Source: Spirochaetota bacterium
GTDB taxonomy: Bacteria; Spirochaetota; UBA4802; UBA5550
Direction: 5' to 3'
Assembly: GCA_963664815.2 (NCBI GenBank)
Contig: CAXXHB010000003.1
Coordinates: forward strand, 1,888,001 to 1,952,000
DNA: 64,000 nt
In this document: positions 21,462-31,174 of the stretch, piece by piece
Position numbering within the stretch: the first letter of the stretch is position 1
How the letters are laid out: each line of letters starts with the position of its first letter
Notes under the pieces: model-generated
Told to the model about the DNA's origin: nothing
What the model saw: the letters and a program-made list of their open reading frames with translations, nothing else
Databases searched by the model: none
Program-made: the position numbers and the translations under genes

Positions 21462-22388
21462 ATGAAAAATATAGGCATTATTATAAATCCTAATGCAAAA
21501 AAATTCAGAACAGGGAAAGCCTCAATTGATCAATATATGAATTTAAAGACAGAGAATGTTTTTGTTAGTGCACCAAAGAATTTAATCGAACTTAAAGAAA
21601 CAGCAAAAACATTTAAAAAAATGCATCCTGATTATCTTTGTATAGGCGGTGGAGATGGAACTATTCAACTTGTATTAACAGAGCTATTAAATGAATTTTA
21701 TCCTGATCCGATTCCTCCAGTTCTTATTCTGAGAGAAGGCACAATGAATAATATTGCGAGGTCCGTAAATTTAAAGGGGAGGGGCCCGGCTTTATTAAAA
21801 AAAATGATACAAAAGATAAAAGAAGGAAAGGATATAGAATTTGAAGAACGTTTTACAATAAAAGTATCAAACAGTTATTGTTTTCTTTTTGGGACAGGTT
21901 TTGTGACTAATTTTCTTAATAAAGCATATTCTGGTAAAGAAAAAGGTTTAAAAAGGAATCTTCAGGTTGCCCTTATGTGTATATGTGATTCATTTAGAAA
22001 AAATGAAGATTGTGAAATTTTTAAATTAACTGAACAGGCTGTTTTTGTTGATGGGAAAAGAATTCTGATTAATCCTGTGTCTGGAATTCTTGCAGGTACA
22101 GTTGAGCATATTGGAATGGGATTTTCTCCGTTAATTGACGCAGTCCAACCTAATGGTAAATTTCAGATTATTGTTATTGGTATGAATCCAGCTGTAATTG
22201 TAAAATCACTAAATAAACTCAGAACAGGAAAAAAAATTAAATCTCCAAAGTATTTAAATATAACCGGAAAGACCTTAAAAATTAAGCAGAAAGGAATTTT
22301 TGAATATACTATGGATGGTGAATTATATAATACGGAAAATGAATTGATAATTTCAATCGGTCCTAAAGTAACGCTTGTGAAAATTTAA
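21462..22388 (+). CDS. Diacylglycerol/lipid kinase family protein
   Basis: IINPNA, GGGDGT, GTMNNIAR and MDGE motifs. Confidence 0.85.
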   Translation: MKNIGIIINPNAKKFRTGKASIDQYMNLKTENVFVSAPKNLIELKETAKTFKKMHPDYLCIGGGDGTIQLVLTELLNEFYPDPIPPVLILREGTMNNIARSVNLKGRGPALLKKMIQKIKEGKDIEFEERFTIKVSNSYCFLFGTGFVTNFLNKAYSGKEKGLKRNLQVALMCICDSFRKNEDCEIFKLTEQAVFVDGKRILINPVSGILAGTVEHIGMGFSPLIDAVQPNGKFQIIVIGMNPAVIVKSLNKLRTGKKIKSPKYLNITGKTLKIKQKGIFEYTMDGELYNTENELIISIGPKVTLVKI

Positions 22389-24096
22389 TTAAAAAATAAA
22401 AAACAATCATTATGAAATAATTAAAATCAATTATAAATTCATATCTTAATGAAATAAGATAGTCTGTTTTCTGTATTTTTTTCAGTAATAATAAATAATA
22501 GACAATACATAACAGCAGAATAAGAAAAACAGATTTCCCGGATATGATGGATATAAAGGTAAAAGCAGAAGCACCTAATGCTGTAATAATGTAGGATATA
22601 ATAATAACATTTTTTACACCAAGCCATGTTGGTAATGTATCTCTACCCAGTATAAGATCTCCCTGAAATGCCACAAAATCAACAATAAGGTGTCTGATAA
22701 AGACAAATATGAAAAAAAACAGACTGGCTGAAAGATATAACGTCCATGATACTCCATTATTAAAATATGGTATTACTATAACAGCTACAAGCCATCCAAG
22801 TCCTGTAACAATCTTTGTGTTATAAATTTTTTTTAAAAAATTAAAATTAATATTTTTTACAATCTTTTTAATTGTTGGAGTTGAGTATATTAAACCAAGT
22901 ATGTATGGAATAAGTATTAATAAAGCCAGAGATATTGATATTTCAACAGCAAGATATAATGAAACAACAAACGATACTATAGAAAGGAACAAAAGATGGG
23001 ATCCATATTTATCGTAAATCTTGTATTTATATGAATTACTTTTAATTAAAAAATCTCGATCAAGATAATTATTAACGGAATACATTACAAAAATAAAAAG
23101 TGCAGAAATTATTCCATATCGAATGTCAAATGAAATATCAGCATACAGCTGTGCAAGTAATACCATAAAAATTGTGGCGATTGAGGAAACAATATTGCTA
23201 CGCACTAATATTTCGATATAATGCTTTATCGTCTTAATAAAAAAATTACTTCTTTCATTTTTAATTATATAAAGCTTTTCCAGAACGTTGTTAATTATCC
23301 ATCCAGGAGTTGAAGCACCAGCTGTTACTAAAACATATTTGCTGGTTTTAAAATCATCTTTGTTTAATTCGATATCAGTTTCAATATGAAATGTCTTTAT
23401 TCCGTTATCCAGTCCTATTTTCATGAGGCGGGATGTATTGGCTGAATTCTTTCCACCTACAACAACGAGTGTATCTATCCCTTTTTTAATTCCGTTTTTA
23501 ACATCATCCTGTCTTAACCTTGTAGAATCACATATTGTGTCTATCACATATATATTTTTTATTTTCCTCGATATTTCAAATACAAGCTGTTCAAACTGGT
23601 TTCTTTCATGAGTAGTCTGTGATACAATAATATATTTTTCCGCTTCAGGTATGTTTTCAATCATAGGTAAGTCAGATACAACACAGACTCCTGCGCGGGC
23701 ATAACTTTTCAATCCTATAACTTCTGCATGATCTTTGTCACCGATTATAATGGTGTAATAACCTTCACCGGAATATTTTTTTATAATGGATTGTACTCTT
23801 GCTACTCTGGAACAGGTAAGGTTTATAGTTCTTAATGCGTCTTTTCTTATTCTTTGATTTTCATCAACAGGTATTCCATGAGTTCTGATTGCTATTTGTC
23901 TGCCTTTCAAATTTTCAAGAGAGTTTATGGTAATCAATCCTCTGTTTTTTAAAACATCTATTGTTTGAGGATTATGTATCAGCGGCCCATACATGTAAAT
24001 TTTGTCTTCAGATGAATTAAGTTCGTTTACAATTCTAAGTATGGCCTTTCTGACACCCATGCAGAAGCCTGAGTTTTTTGCCATCTCAATTTTCAT
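22363..24096 (-). CDS. ispH: IspH (HMBPP reductase) fused to a UbiA-family prenyltransferase domain
   Basis: GFCMGV, IHNP, HG, TC, HAEV, SQTT, DTIC, SANT and TAGASTP motifs. The C-terminal multi-TM domain has NNYLDRD and D...QGD..LGRDTLP. Likely start is ATG 24096, overlapping the end of gspN. Confidence 0.9.
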   Translation of the reverse strand: MKIEMAKNSGFCMGVRKAILRIVNELNSSEDKIYMYGPLIHNPQTIDVLKNRGLITINSLENLKGRQIAIRTHGIPVDENQRIRKDALRTINLTCSRVARVQSIIKKYSGEGYYTIIIGDKDHAEVIGLKSYARAGVCVVSDLPMIENIPEAEKYIIVSQTTHERNQFEQLVFEISRKIKNIYVIDTICDSTRLRQDDVKNGIKKGIDTLVVVGGKNSANTSRLMKIGLDNGIKTFHIETDIELNKDDFKTSKYVLVTAGASTPGWIINNVLEKLYIIKNERSNFFIKTIKHYIEILVRSNIVSSIATIFMVLLAQLYADISFDIRYGIISALFIFVMYSVNNYLDRDFLIKSNSYKYKIYDKYGSHLLFLSIVSFVVSLYLAVEISISLALLILIPYILGLIYSTPTIKKIVKNINFNFLKKIYNTKIVTGLGWLVAVIVIPYFNNGVSWTLYLSASLFFFIFVFIRHLIVDFVAFQGDLILGRDTLPTWLGVKNVIIISYIITALGASAFTFISIISGKSVFLILLLCIVYYLLLLKKIQKTDYLISLRYEFIIDFNYFIMIVFYFLIKFSQALL

Positions 24097-24961
24097 TTTT
24101 AGCCGCACTAACAAGTTTCAACTCAGGTTTTCCAATTGTTCCTTTAATTGTGACTGAGAGAATGTTATTTTTTATAAATGAAGAAAGTAAATCCTGATAT
24201 TGTTCCAGAACAGCAGAAGAGGAATCAATATTAATCAGCAGATCAATTTTTGAATTGTTTTTTATTTCTGATAATTCTATATTCCCGTTAATATCACATA
24301 ATATATCATTACCCGTAATTTTAAAATTATTGAATTTCAATATATGATTGGAAACTGTGGCATCAATACTTCCACTCTGAATATTTAAAAAATCAATTTT
24401 TAGTGGAAGCGGACCAAGAGGTCCGGGGATATTTATTTTATTTAGCTTTATATTTACATCACTTAAAATTATTTTTACCAAACCATTTTCTGGAAGGTTA
24501 TTTTGTTTGTTAAAAACAAGATCCGTATTACCGTTTATATTTAATATTACTTCGAAATCTTTATTCACATATTTTAAAGAATCGAACTGAATATCAGATT
24601 TAAATTTGTTATTAAATAAAAAGGCATTGAATGATATGTTAATGATAGAATTTTTAAATGTTATTTCACTATTATCATTTAAAACTATCATAAAATCATT
24701 AATATATGTTTCTCTGAAGATACTAAAATCAAGACTGGGGATATCAATCACTTTAAACGCTTTTCCTTCAAGGTCGTATATCTTTTTTTTAATCAGAAAA
24801 TCGTAAGGAAATGTAATAACAAAAAATAAGAATAAAAATAATAATGATAATAATAGATATTTACCTGAATGAGGTAAATTGTATATAGTTATTAGTATAT
24901 GCTTAAATCTTGAAGGTGATGTCCTGATAAATTCTACTATTTTTTCTTTATTAATTTTCAT
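24086..24961 (-). CDS. gspN: Type II secretion protein N
   Basis: TM followed by TFPYD, C-terminal I.GTIGKP, and position after gspM. Confidence 0.75.
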   Translation of the reverse strand: MKINKEKIVEFIRTSPSRFKHILITIYNLPHSGKYLLLSLLFLFLFFVITFPYDFLIKKKIYDLEGKAFKVIDIPSLDFSIFRETYINDFMIVLNDNSEITFKNSIINISFNAFLFNNKFKSDIQFDSLKYVNKDFEVILNINGNTDLVFNKQNNLPENGLVKIILSDVNIKLNKINIPGPLGPLPLKIDFLNIQSGSIDATVSNHILKFNNFKITGNDILCDINGNIELSEIKNNSKIDLLINIDSSSAVLEQYQDLLSSFIKNNILSVTIKGTIGKPELKLVSAAKNEN

Positions 24962-24970
24962 CAGATTTTA

Positions 24971-25495
24971 TTATCTCTTGCTTAAACTGACAATTGTTAT
25001 AACAGAATCATACCTGCTTCTTTCCTTAATCCCGGAAAAAATAACAAGGCTTTGAATTTTTAATGGTGTATTTGAGTTTTCCAGTTTGTTAATAAATTCC
25101 AGCAAAGCTTTAATAGTGATCCCTTCGAATTTAATTTCTGTTGTCATTTTTTGAAAACCATTCTGTACAACTCCAGGGTTTTCTTTTAAATAGACTTTAT
25201 TACTTATTATTTTAAGATTTAAAGCTATATCATCAACCATAGCACCTATACCGCTGTTTGATGATACAACAGAATTAAGTTTGTTTTTTTCTGATATTAT
25301 ATCTTTGTAATCAGAATATAGTTCATCAAGTTTGACTATTTTAAGCCGGTTTTTATTATATATATTATCTGAATTTTCTTTTAATTCTATTATTGGAGAA
25401 ATTAAAAAATAGTAAATAAATCCGGTTATCAATATCCCGGCAAGTACAAATAATAATTTTTTCTCTCTATTGTTCAGATTTATCATTTTTATCAC
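24971..25495 (-). CDS. gspM: Type II secretion protein M
   Basis: LNNREKKLL plus TM, coiled coil and ferredoxin-like C-terminus (LLEFINKLE); position in operon. Confidence 0.8.
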   Translation of the reverse strand: MIKMINLNNREKKLLFVLAGILITGFIYYFLISPIIELKENSDNIYNKNRLKIVKLDELYSDYKDIISEKNKLNSVVSSNSGIGAMVDDIALNLKIISNKVYLKENPGVVQNGFQKMTTEIKFEGITIKALLEFINKLENSNTPLKIQSLVIFSGIKERSRYDSVITIVSLSKR

Positions 25496-27100
25496 TTAAA
25501 TTTTCTGTTTTATTGACATTGTAAATAAACTTCTACTGTTACTGGTGTCTCTTATATTAATTGTAATACTTTCAAATTCACCGGAATTGAGCAAGCTTTT
25601 CTTAAATTCTTCAAGATCTGACGTTTTTCTTGTTTCTCCATCTATAACCATACTCTTACCATCATAGTTGATTTTTTTTATGTCAAAACCTTCAGCTCCG
25701 GAAAAATTTTTTATTACAAGATTAAGTAAAGGAAGAAAAAGAGTCTCTTCTCCAAGCATTTCTTTTAAAACAGAAAGTTCTTTCTTTTCCTTTAATAATA
25801 TACTAGTAGCATCTTTTACAGGATCTTTTGATACCGTCTGTGTGTTAAAATATTTTTTATATTTCTGCTGAAGTATACTGTCCGTATAATTATTACTTTT
25901 AATTACAAAAAAAACCATGTTTAAGATATTTATTAAAAGAAAAAATGCAGATAGTGAGGCAAAAAAGATAGCCAGATAATACTTTTTAATTATATTATTA
26001 CCGGAATCAGGAATAAAATCACCTTTTAAAAAATTTATTGATGATGAGAGATTATTCATATAAACGAGTAAATTACCAAGACATACTGAAAATCTGCTTC
26101 TGATGTTTACATCCAGATATCCATTTAAAAATGGCATGAAAACTACGGGTATCCCGGATGTATCCTGAATAATTTTTGATACCCCTTTTATATTGGCCCC
26201 ACCACCTGTGATGATTATCCTGCCGAAGTTTGAATAATCAGAATATTCTCCACTTGCTTTAATTGTAAAAGCAATTTCATTTAGTATTACTGATATTAGA
26301 TCATTAGCCTCAAGATAAATTGATTTTAATTTTTGTTTACTTATACTTAAGTTTTTATAATTATCTGATTTAAGGTTTAATTCATACGAAGAGATGTCGA
26401 GATCCAATGATTCCATTATTTTTTGAGCACTGGATAATGGTATATTTAATATATCAGAAATTTTTTCAACAAGTTTACCCATACCTGAAGAAACGGCACG
26501 AGTATACATCAGCCTGTTGTTTTTTACAACATTAACAACTGTTTTTCTGTTTCCCAGATCTATCTGGATTATAGTTTCATCATTTACTGAATTGAAATAT
26601 TCATAGCACTTTAACAATGAATTAGATTCAATACCTGCATAAACCGGATGAAGACCAAATTTATTAAATATATCAATAATATTTCTCAGAAAATCATTAT
26701 TTACTGCCGCAAAAATTACACTTCTACTTCCTGAATCATCATCGGTTATAGTCTGAAAATCAATCGATACCATATCAACAGGATAAGGTATACTTTCTTC
26801 AGCTTCATATGGCAGAACTTCCCTGATTTTTTTAATGTCATTAAACGGGAAACGTATATTACGCAGTAATAATCTATCTACAGGTAAAGAAGTAACGATT
26901 TTAAAATCTGACAGGTCCTCTTTTTCAAAGATATTATGAAGTGCACTTTCAACTGCAGAAATATAATCTTTACTGTACATATCTGTATCAATGAATTCAA
27001 TTGCAGTTGAAATCATTTCGAACTTTTTAAATCCTCTTTTTACTTTAATTAATTTAATTGAGGATGTTCCAATATCTATTGAGGCAATATTATCAAACAA
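25496..27100 (-). CDS. gspL: Type II secretion protein L (PilM-like cytoplasmic domain, TM, PilN-like periplasmic domain)
   Basis: IDIGTSSIK and IDLG/TGGGA actin-like motifs, INF motif, TM and periplasmic domain. Confidence 0.8.
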   Translation of the reverse strand: MFDNIASIDIGTSSIKLIKVKRGFKKFEMISTAIEFIDTDMYSKDYISAVESALHNIFEKEDLSDFKIVTSLPVDRLLLRNIRFPFNDIKKIREVLPYEAEESIPYPVDMVSIDFQTITDDDSGSRSVIFAAVNNDFLRNIIDIFNKFGLHPVYAGIESNSLLKCYEYFNSVNDETIIQIDLGNRKTVVNVVKNNRLMYTRAVSSGMGKLVEKISDILNIPLSSAQKIMESLDLDISSYELNLKSDNYKNLSISKQKLKSIYLEANDLISVILNEIAFTIKASGEYSDYSNFGRIIITGGGANIKGVSKIIQDTSGIPVVFMPFLNGYLDVNIRSRFSVCLGNLLVYMNNLSSSINFLKGDFIPDSGNNIIKKYYLAIFFASLSAFFLLINILNMVFFVIKSNNYTDSILQQKYKKYFNTQTVSKDPVKDATSILLKEKKELSVLKEMLGEETLFLPLLNLVIKNFSGAEGFDIKKINYDGKSMVIDGETRKTSDLEEFKKSLLNSGEFESITINIRDTSNSRSLFTMSIKQKI

Positions 27101-27118
27101 AACAAAACTCCATGTCTT

Positions 27119-28333
27119 TTAATGTTCACTGGAACAATACAAGATTTTTTTATTATCTCTGTCATAATATGCTATAAAACGACAGAATCCTTCATTATCA
27201 TAAGCTGTTACCGAAATTTTGAATATTTTGGATTTAACTGTTATTAAATTTTTTAAAACGTCCGGTTCTTTAACGAATTCATTAATCTCATTAATATTCT
27301 TAAATGGTTGAATCTGCCTTTTCCTAATTATTTCTGTCACAACATCTTCAGTCATTTCGTTTGATAATGAAGTTAAAACCCTGAAGCTTGCAGTATTTAT
27401 ATTGATCTTGTTAACTTCATCAGTGAAATCTGATTTATTTCCATAAACTCGTAAATAATTAAATAATGACCTGTCTTTTTCTTTCCCGATTTTTCGTTCT
27501 ATGTTTTCTTTAGAATTCGAGTCTGATTCTTTTTTACTCTCTACAGCAGATAAATTTTCCAACTTGTAAAGAGGTATTTTAACATCTCCCTTATTATCTT
27601 CAACCAGATTTTTTTCCAATCCATGATTTCCTCCTCCAAGTCCATAATAATTTTCAGGAGTTATTAATTTTACCAGAAGCAATTCATCAATACTCTTCAT
27701 TTCATCATTCTGTGCAGAATATGGTGGAGTAAGAGTAAGATAATAATCTGAGGATTCTGCACCATAAGGGAACCTTACATTATCAGGATCAATCCAATCA
27801 ATGATACAATCAGCGATATCGATTGAAAATCCCATATTGCCAAAAAATCTCTGAAGGATTCCATAGTATGGTGTTTTTTCAACAACTTCATTGGCCAAAG
27901 CTGATATATTGATTTTTGAATTTTCATCATCAATTTTTATTTTTACAGTACCACCGGGAAAACTCATTTCCGGGATATCGAGAGCCCATATGTCTTTATA
28001 TGAATCAATATTTCTGTCACTTGAAAGATTAGGCATAAATGATGATGCAAGTCCTAGACGGTCAACATCGAGAATTGCTTTTGCAAATTCATAGCCTGAA
28101 TATGCAAGATATTCAGAACTAATATCAGACTTGAATCTTTTAATATAACTGATATAAATATGAGTCTGATAAAAGAATTCGGATGTAAAAGATACCAGGA
28201 AAGCTGAAATAACTAAAACAATTAATAAAATATATCCTCTGCTGTTAAATATATAACTTAAAACACCATAATGTTCCAATGATACTTTTCGTCCAAAATA
28301 GTTTTTTTTTATATTTAAAATATATTTATTCAT
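27119..28333 (-). CDS. gspK: Type II secretion minor pseudopilin K
   Basis: RG|YILLIVL prepilin site without E5; DENSKINI, DWIDPD, GAESSDYY and KININTAS motifs. Confidence 0.9.
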   Translation of the reverse strand: MNKYILNIKKNYFGRKVSLEHYGVLSYIFNSRGYILLIVLVISAFLVSFTSEFFYQTHIYISYIKRFKSDISSEYLAYSGYEFAKAILDVDRLGLASSFMPNLSSDRNIDSYKDIWALDIPEMSFPGGTVKIKIDDENSKINISALANEVVEKTPYYGILQRFFGNMGFSIDIADCIIDWIDPDNVRFPYGAESSDYYLTLTPPYSAQNDEMKSIDELLLVKLITPENYYGLGGGNHGLEKNLVEDNKGDVKIPLYKLENLSAVESKKESDSNSKENIERKIGKEKDRSLFNYLRVYGNKSDFTDEVNKININTASFRVLTSLSNEMTEDVVTEIIRKRQIQPFKNINEINEFVKEPDVLKNLITVKSKIFKISVTAYDNEGFCRFIAYYDRDNKKILYCSSEH

Positions 28334-28484
28334 AACTCACATTACATAGTGTAAAGAATTCATATGTATCTTTATTATTTAATGAGTATACCGAACAGAA
28401 CATTACAAGAATTACTGAAGATACTTTTGCGACAACAAGCATTTCTACTAAAGTGAATCCGTTATTATTTCTGTAAGAATGCAT
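28326..28484 (-). pseudogene. gspJ: Truncated (52-aa) gspJ: prepilin N-terminus joined in frame to a short C-terminal tail
   Basis: Translated by hand: MHSYRNNNG|FTLVEMLVVAKVSSVILVMFCSVYSLNNKDTYEFFTLCNVSYE*. It occupies the gspJ slot between gspI and gspK, and its end overlaps the gspK ATG by 8 bp. Confidence 0.8.
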
Positions 28485-28504
28485 ATAACAATACCACTTA
28501 GGTC

Positions 28505-28897
28505 CTATTTTACCTGATATACCATGTTTAATTTGTAGTTATTCTCGACTCCTTTATACTTCCATTTAATTATTATTGATGTTTTATTTACAATCAGTGG
28601 ACCAAGCATTGGATTATCATATCGTTCACTAATCCTGTCGTAATTAAAATCCGGATAGTTTTTTACTGGTGCATTTTTCATGTCAACACCCTTCATATGC
28701 TCGCTTCTGAATTCATTCATCAGGGATTTTGCTATAATCATAGCGCGTGTATAATTTCTGCTGTTTCCGATAATATTCATTCCGGATGATATTCCTGAAT
28801 AAACACTTAGCAAAATAACAGAAAGAATTGTTACAGCTATCAAAACTTCTATTAAAACAAACCCATAGTTCTTTTTTTTATTTTTGACATATCGCAT
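28505..28897 (-). CDS. gspI: Type II secretion minor pseudopilin I
   Basis: G|FVLIEVLIAVTIL N-methylation motif, small size and position. Confidence 0.82.
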   Translation of the reverse strand: MRYVKNKKKNYGFVLIEVLIAVTILSVILLSVYSGISSGMNIIGNSRNYTRAMIIAKSLMNEFRSEHMKGVDMKNAPVKNYPDFNYDRISERYDNPMLGPLIVNKTSIIIKWKYKGVENNYKLNMVYQVK

Positions 28898-28908
28898 AAG
28901 ATTATTAA

Positions 28909-29445
28909 TCAGAATTCATTATCCAGTAAAACTTCTTTATTGACCTTATTTTTAGTAATTATAATATTTGTATCTCCGAAAAGAATTTTCAACACGAAAC
29001 TTTCACTTGTCCCATCAGAAAAAAAGGGTATTATAACATTCCCGGAATTAATATTTTTGCCACCATTCAGAGTTACTTCATTTAAATTTAACGAGGTACC
29101 TAATTTTCTACGTTTTAAAATATTATTTTTATTCGGAATAAATTTACCATCATGTAATTCATAAACACTTAAAACATTGGTATCATTATATTCATCATTG
29201 AATAATTCTGAATTTTTATTGCCTGTTTTTGATAACTGAATGCATAAATAATTATTTTTTCTATGAACAAATGAATCATCAGTAACTGCTTCAATATAAG
29301 ATTTGATTATTGATGATTCTTTACGTCCGTTCCCAAAAATACCGGATAATGTCGGCAATGCAATAACACTTATGACAGTAAGAATTGCTATCACAACTAC
29401 CAGTTCAATAAGAGTAAAACCTCTGTTATCATTAAATAAAAACAA
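28909..29445 (-). CDS. gspH: Type II secretion minor pseudopilin H
   Basis: G|FTLIELVVVIAIL and FFSDGT near the C-terminus; follows gspG. Confidence 0.82.
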   Translation of the reverse strand: MFLFNDNRGFTLIELVVVIAILTVISVIALPTLSGIFGNGRKESSIIKSYIEAVTDDSFVHRKNNYLCIQLSKTGNKNSELFNDEYNDTNVLSVYELHDGKFIPNKNNILKRRKLGTSLNLNEVTLNGGKNINSGNVIIPFFSDGTSESFVLKILFGDTNIIITKNKVNKEVLLDNEF

Positions 29446-29448
29446 TAA

Positions 29449-29883
29449 TTATTCCCAGCTGTTTATATCGGCATTAATTCCTTCGCCGCCCTCTTTTCCA
29501 TCTGCACCGAAACTCCAGATTTCAGGACTATCACTAAATTTGCCTGGATATCTGTATTGATAGGGATTATTCCATGGATCCATTAATGTGTCTTTTTTAT
29601 TTTTAAGCAGACCGTCAGAAGATAGTTTTTGCAGACCTTCTTCTGTTGTAGGGTAGGTATTATGATTGAGATAATAGGCATCAAGAGCCGTTTCAAAAGT
29701 CCCGAGATCTGTTTTGGCAGCTGTTATTTTTGTTTTATCCAGTATTCCGGTAAATTTTGATACTGCAAATCCTCCGAGTATTGCAATTATTGTAATTACA
29801 ATCATAAGTTCGAGTAATGTAAAACCCTCATTCTCATCAAGAAAATTTTGAATTTTCATTAATATTTTTCCTATTCGATTCAC
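29449..29883 (-). CDS. gspG: Type II secretion major pseudopilin G
   Basis: G|FTLLELMIV, YPTTEEGL, DPWNNPYQY and SFGADGKEGGEG.NADI motifs. Confidence 0.95.
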   Translation of the reverse strand: MNRIGKILMKIQNFLDENEGFTLLELMIVITIIAILGGFAVSKFTGILDKTKITAAKTDLGTFETALDAYYLNHNTYPTTEEGLQKLSSDGLLKNKKDTLMDPWNNPYQYRYPGKFSDSPEIWSFGADGKEGGEGINADINSWE

Positions 29884-29916
29884 AACATCTCTCCTCTTTT
29901 ATAATTAATAAAATTA

Positions 29917-31158
29917 TCACTGAACCATCAGGTTCATCTCCATAATAGGCATCATAACCGAAAGTACTATTACACCAATTATTATCCCCATTATTATAAT
30001 AATTAAAGGTTCAATCATTCCGGTTAGGCTTGTTACTACCATATCTATTTCATTTTCATAGACATTCCCTATATTTAACAACATTTCATCAACCTTGTCG
30101 CTGGCTTCACCTGCAGCAATCATACCTATAACCAGTTTGGGAAGAAATTCATATTTTTTTAAAGATTGTGCTATTGACGCTCCTTCCTGAATATTTTTTA
30201 TTGCATTATCAATTTTTTCTTCAACAACAACATTATTTACAATTTTTTTTACTATTTCAAAAGATTTTAATAGATCCACCTTATTAAGAAGCAAAACACC
30301 AAGATTTAAAGTGAATCTATAAACAATTATTTTATTATATAATCTGCTTACAAGAGGTATTTTCATCAAAATTTCATCAATTTTTTTTCTTCCTTCTTCT
30401 GTTGCTGAGTATTTTTGATAAAAGTAAAAAAATACTGCAATGAATATGGGAATAAGAATCCAGTAATGTGTTAAAAAATTACTTACACCTATTACTATTT
30501 GTGTAGGAATAGGAAGTTCTCTGTTTTGTTCAACGAATATTTCGGAAATTGTCGGAATAATTTTAACCATTAAAAAAATAACAATCAATGAAGAAAAGGT
30601 CAGCATAAAGACAGGATACCATAATGCAGCTCTTATTTTATTTTTAAGGAAGATATTTTTTTCTTCCATTTCAGCCAATCTTGCAATTATCTCATCAAGT
30701 GATCCCAGGTTTTCACCAACTCGTATCATGTTAATATACATTTCAGAAAAAAGCTCTTTATTTTTTGACAGAGCATTTGAAAATGAAGATCCGGCTTCAA
30801 TTTTTTCTTTAACATCAATTATAATATTTTTAAAAATTTTATTATCTATCTGTTCAATAATATCATTAAGTGCAACCATCAATGGCATTCCTGCCTTTAA
30901 AAGAGTGGATAGTTGTCTTGAAAAGAGACCTACCTGTTTTTTTGCGGAATTTTTTCGGATAGATATAAGTATTCTGTCAGATAAATCTTTGAGGTCAAAT
31001 TTCTTATGATCAATATTACCAGTGTCCTGATTTTTTATAGATGTAATATAAAGTCCCGATTTTTTTATTTTTTGCTTTGCCGCGATTTCACTGGGAGCAT
31101 CAATATAATCAGTTACTTCTTCTCCCTTGTTGTTCAGAGCCCTGTAACGATAGAGCAT
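29917..31158 (-). CDS. gspF: Type II secretion inner-membrane platform protein F
   Basis: FSRQLSTLLKAG, GENLGSLD, YP, GEAS and EP motifs with three TMs. Confidence 0.95.
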   Translation of the reverse strand: MLYRYRALNNKGEEVTDYIDAPSEIAAKQKIKKSGLYITSIKNQDTGNIDHKKFDLKDLSDRILISIRKNSAKKQVGLFSRQLSTLLKAGMPLMVALNDIIEQIDNKIFKNIIIDVKEKIEAGSSFSNALSKNKELFSEMYINMIRVGENLGSLDEIIARLAEMEEKNIFLKNKIRAALWYPVFMLTFSSLIVIFLMVKIIPTISEIFVEQNRELPIPTQIVIGVSNFLTHYWILIPIFIAVFFYFYQKYSATEEGRKKIDEILMKIPLVSRLYNKIIVYRFTLNLGVLLLNKVDLLKSFEIVKKIVNNVVVEEKIDNAIKNIQEGASIAQSLKKYEFLPKLVIGMIAAGEASDKVDEMLLNIGNVYENEIDMVVTSLTGMIEPLIIIIMGIIIGVIVLSVMMPIMEMNLMVQ

Positions 31159-31174
31159 ATCCTTTCTCCATTAA

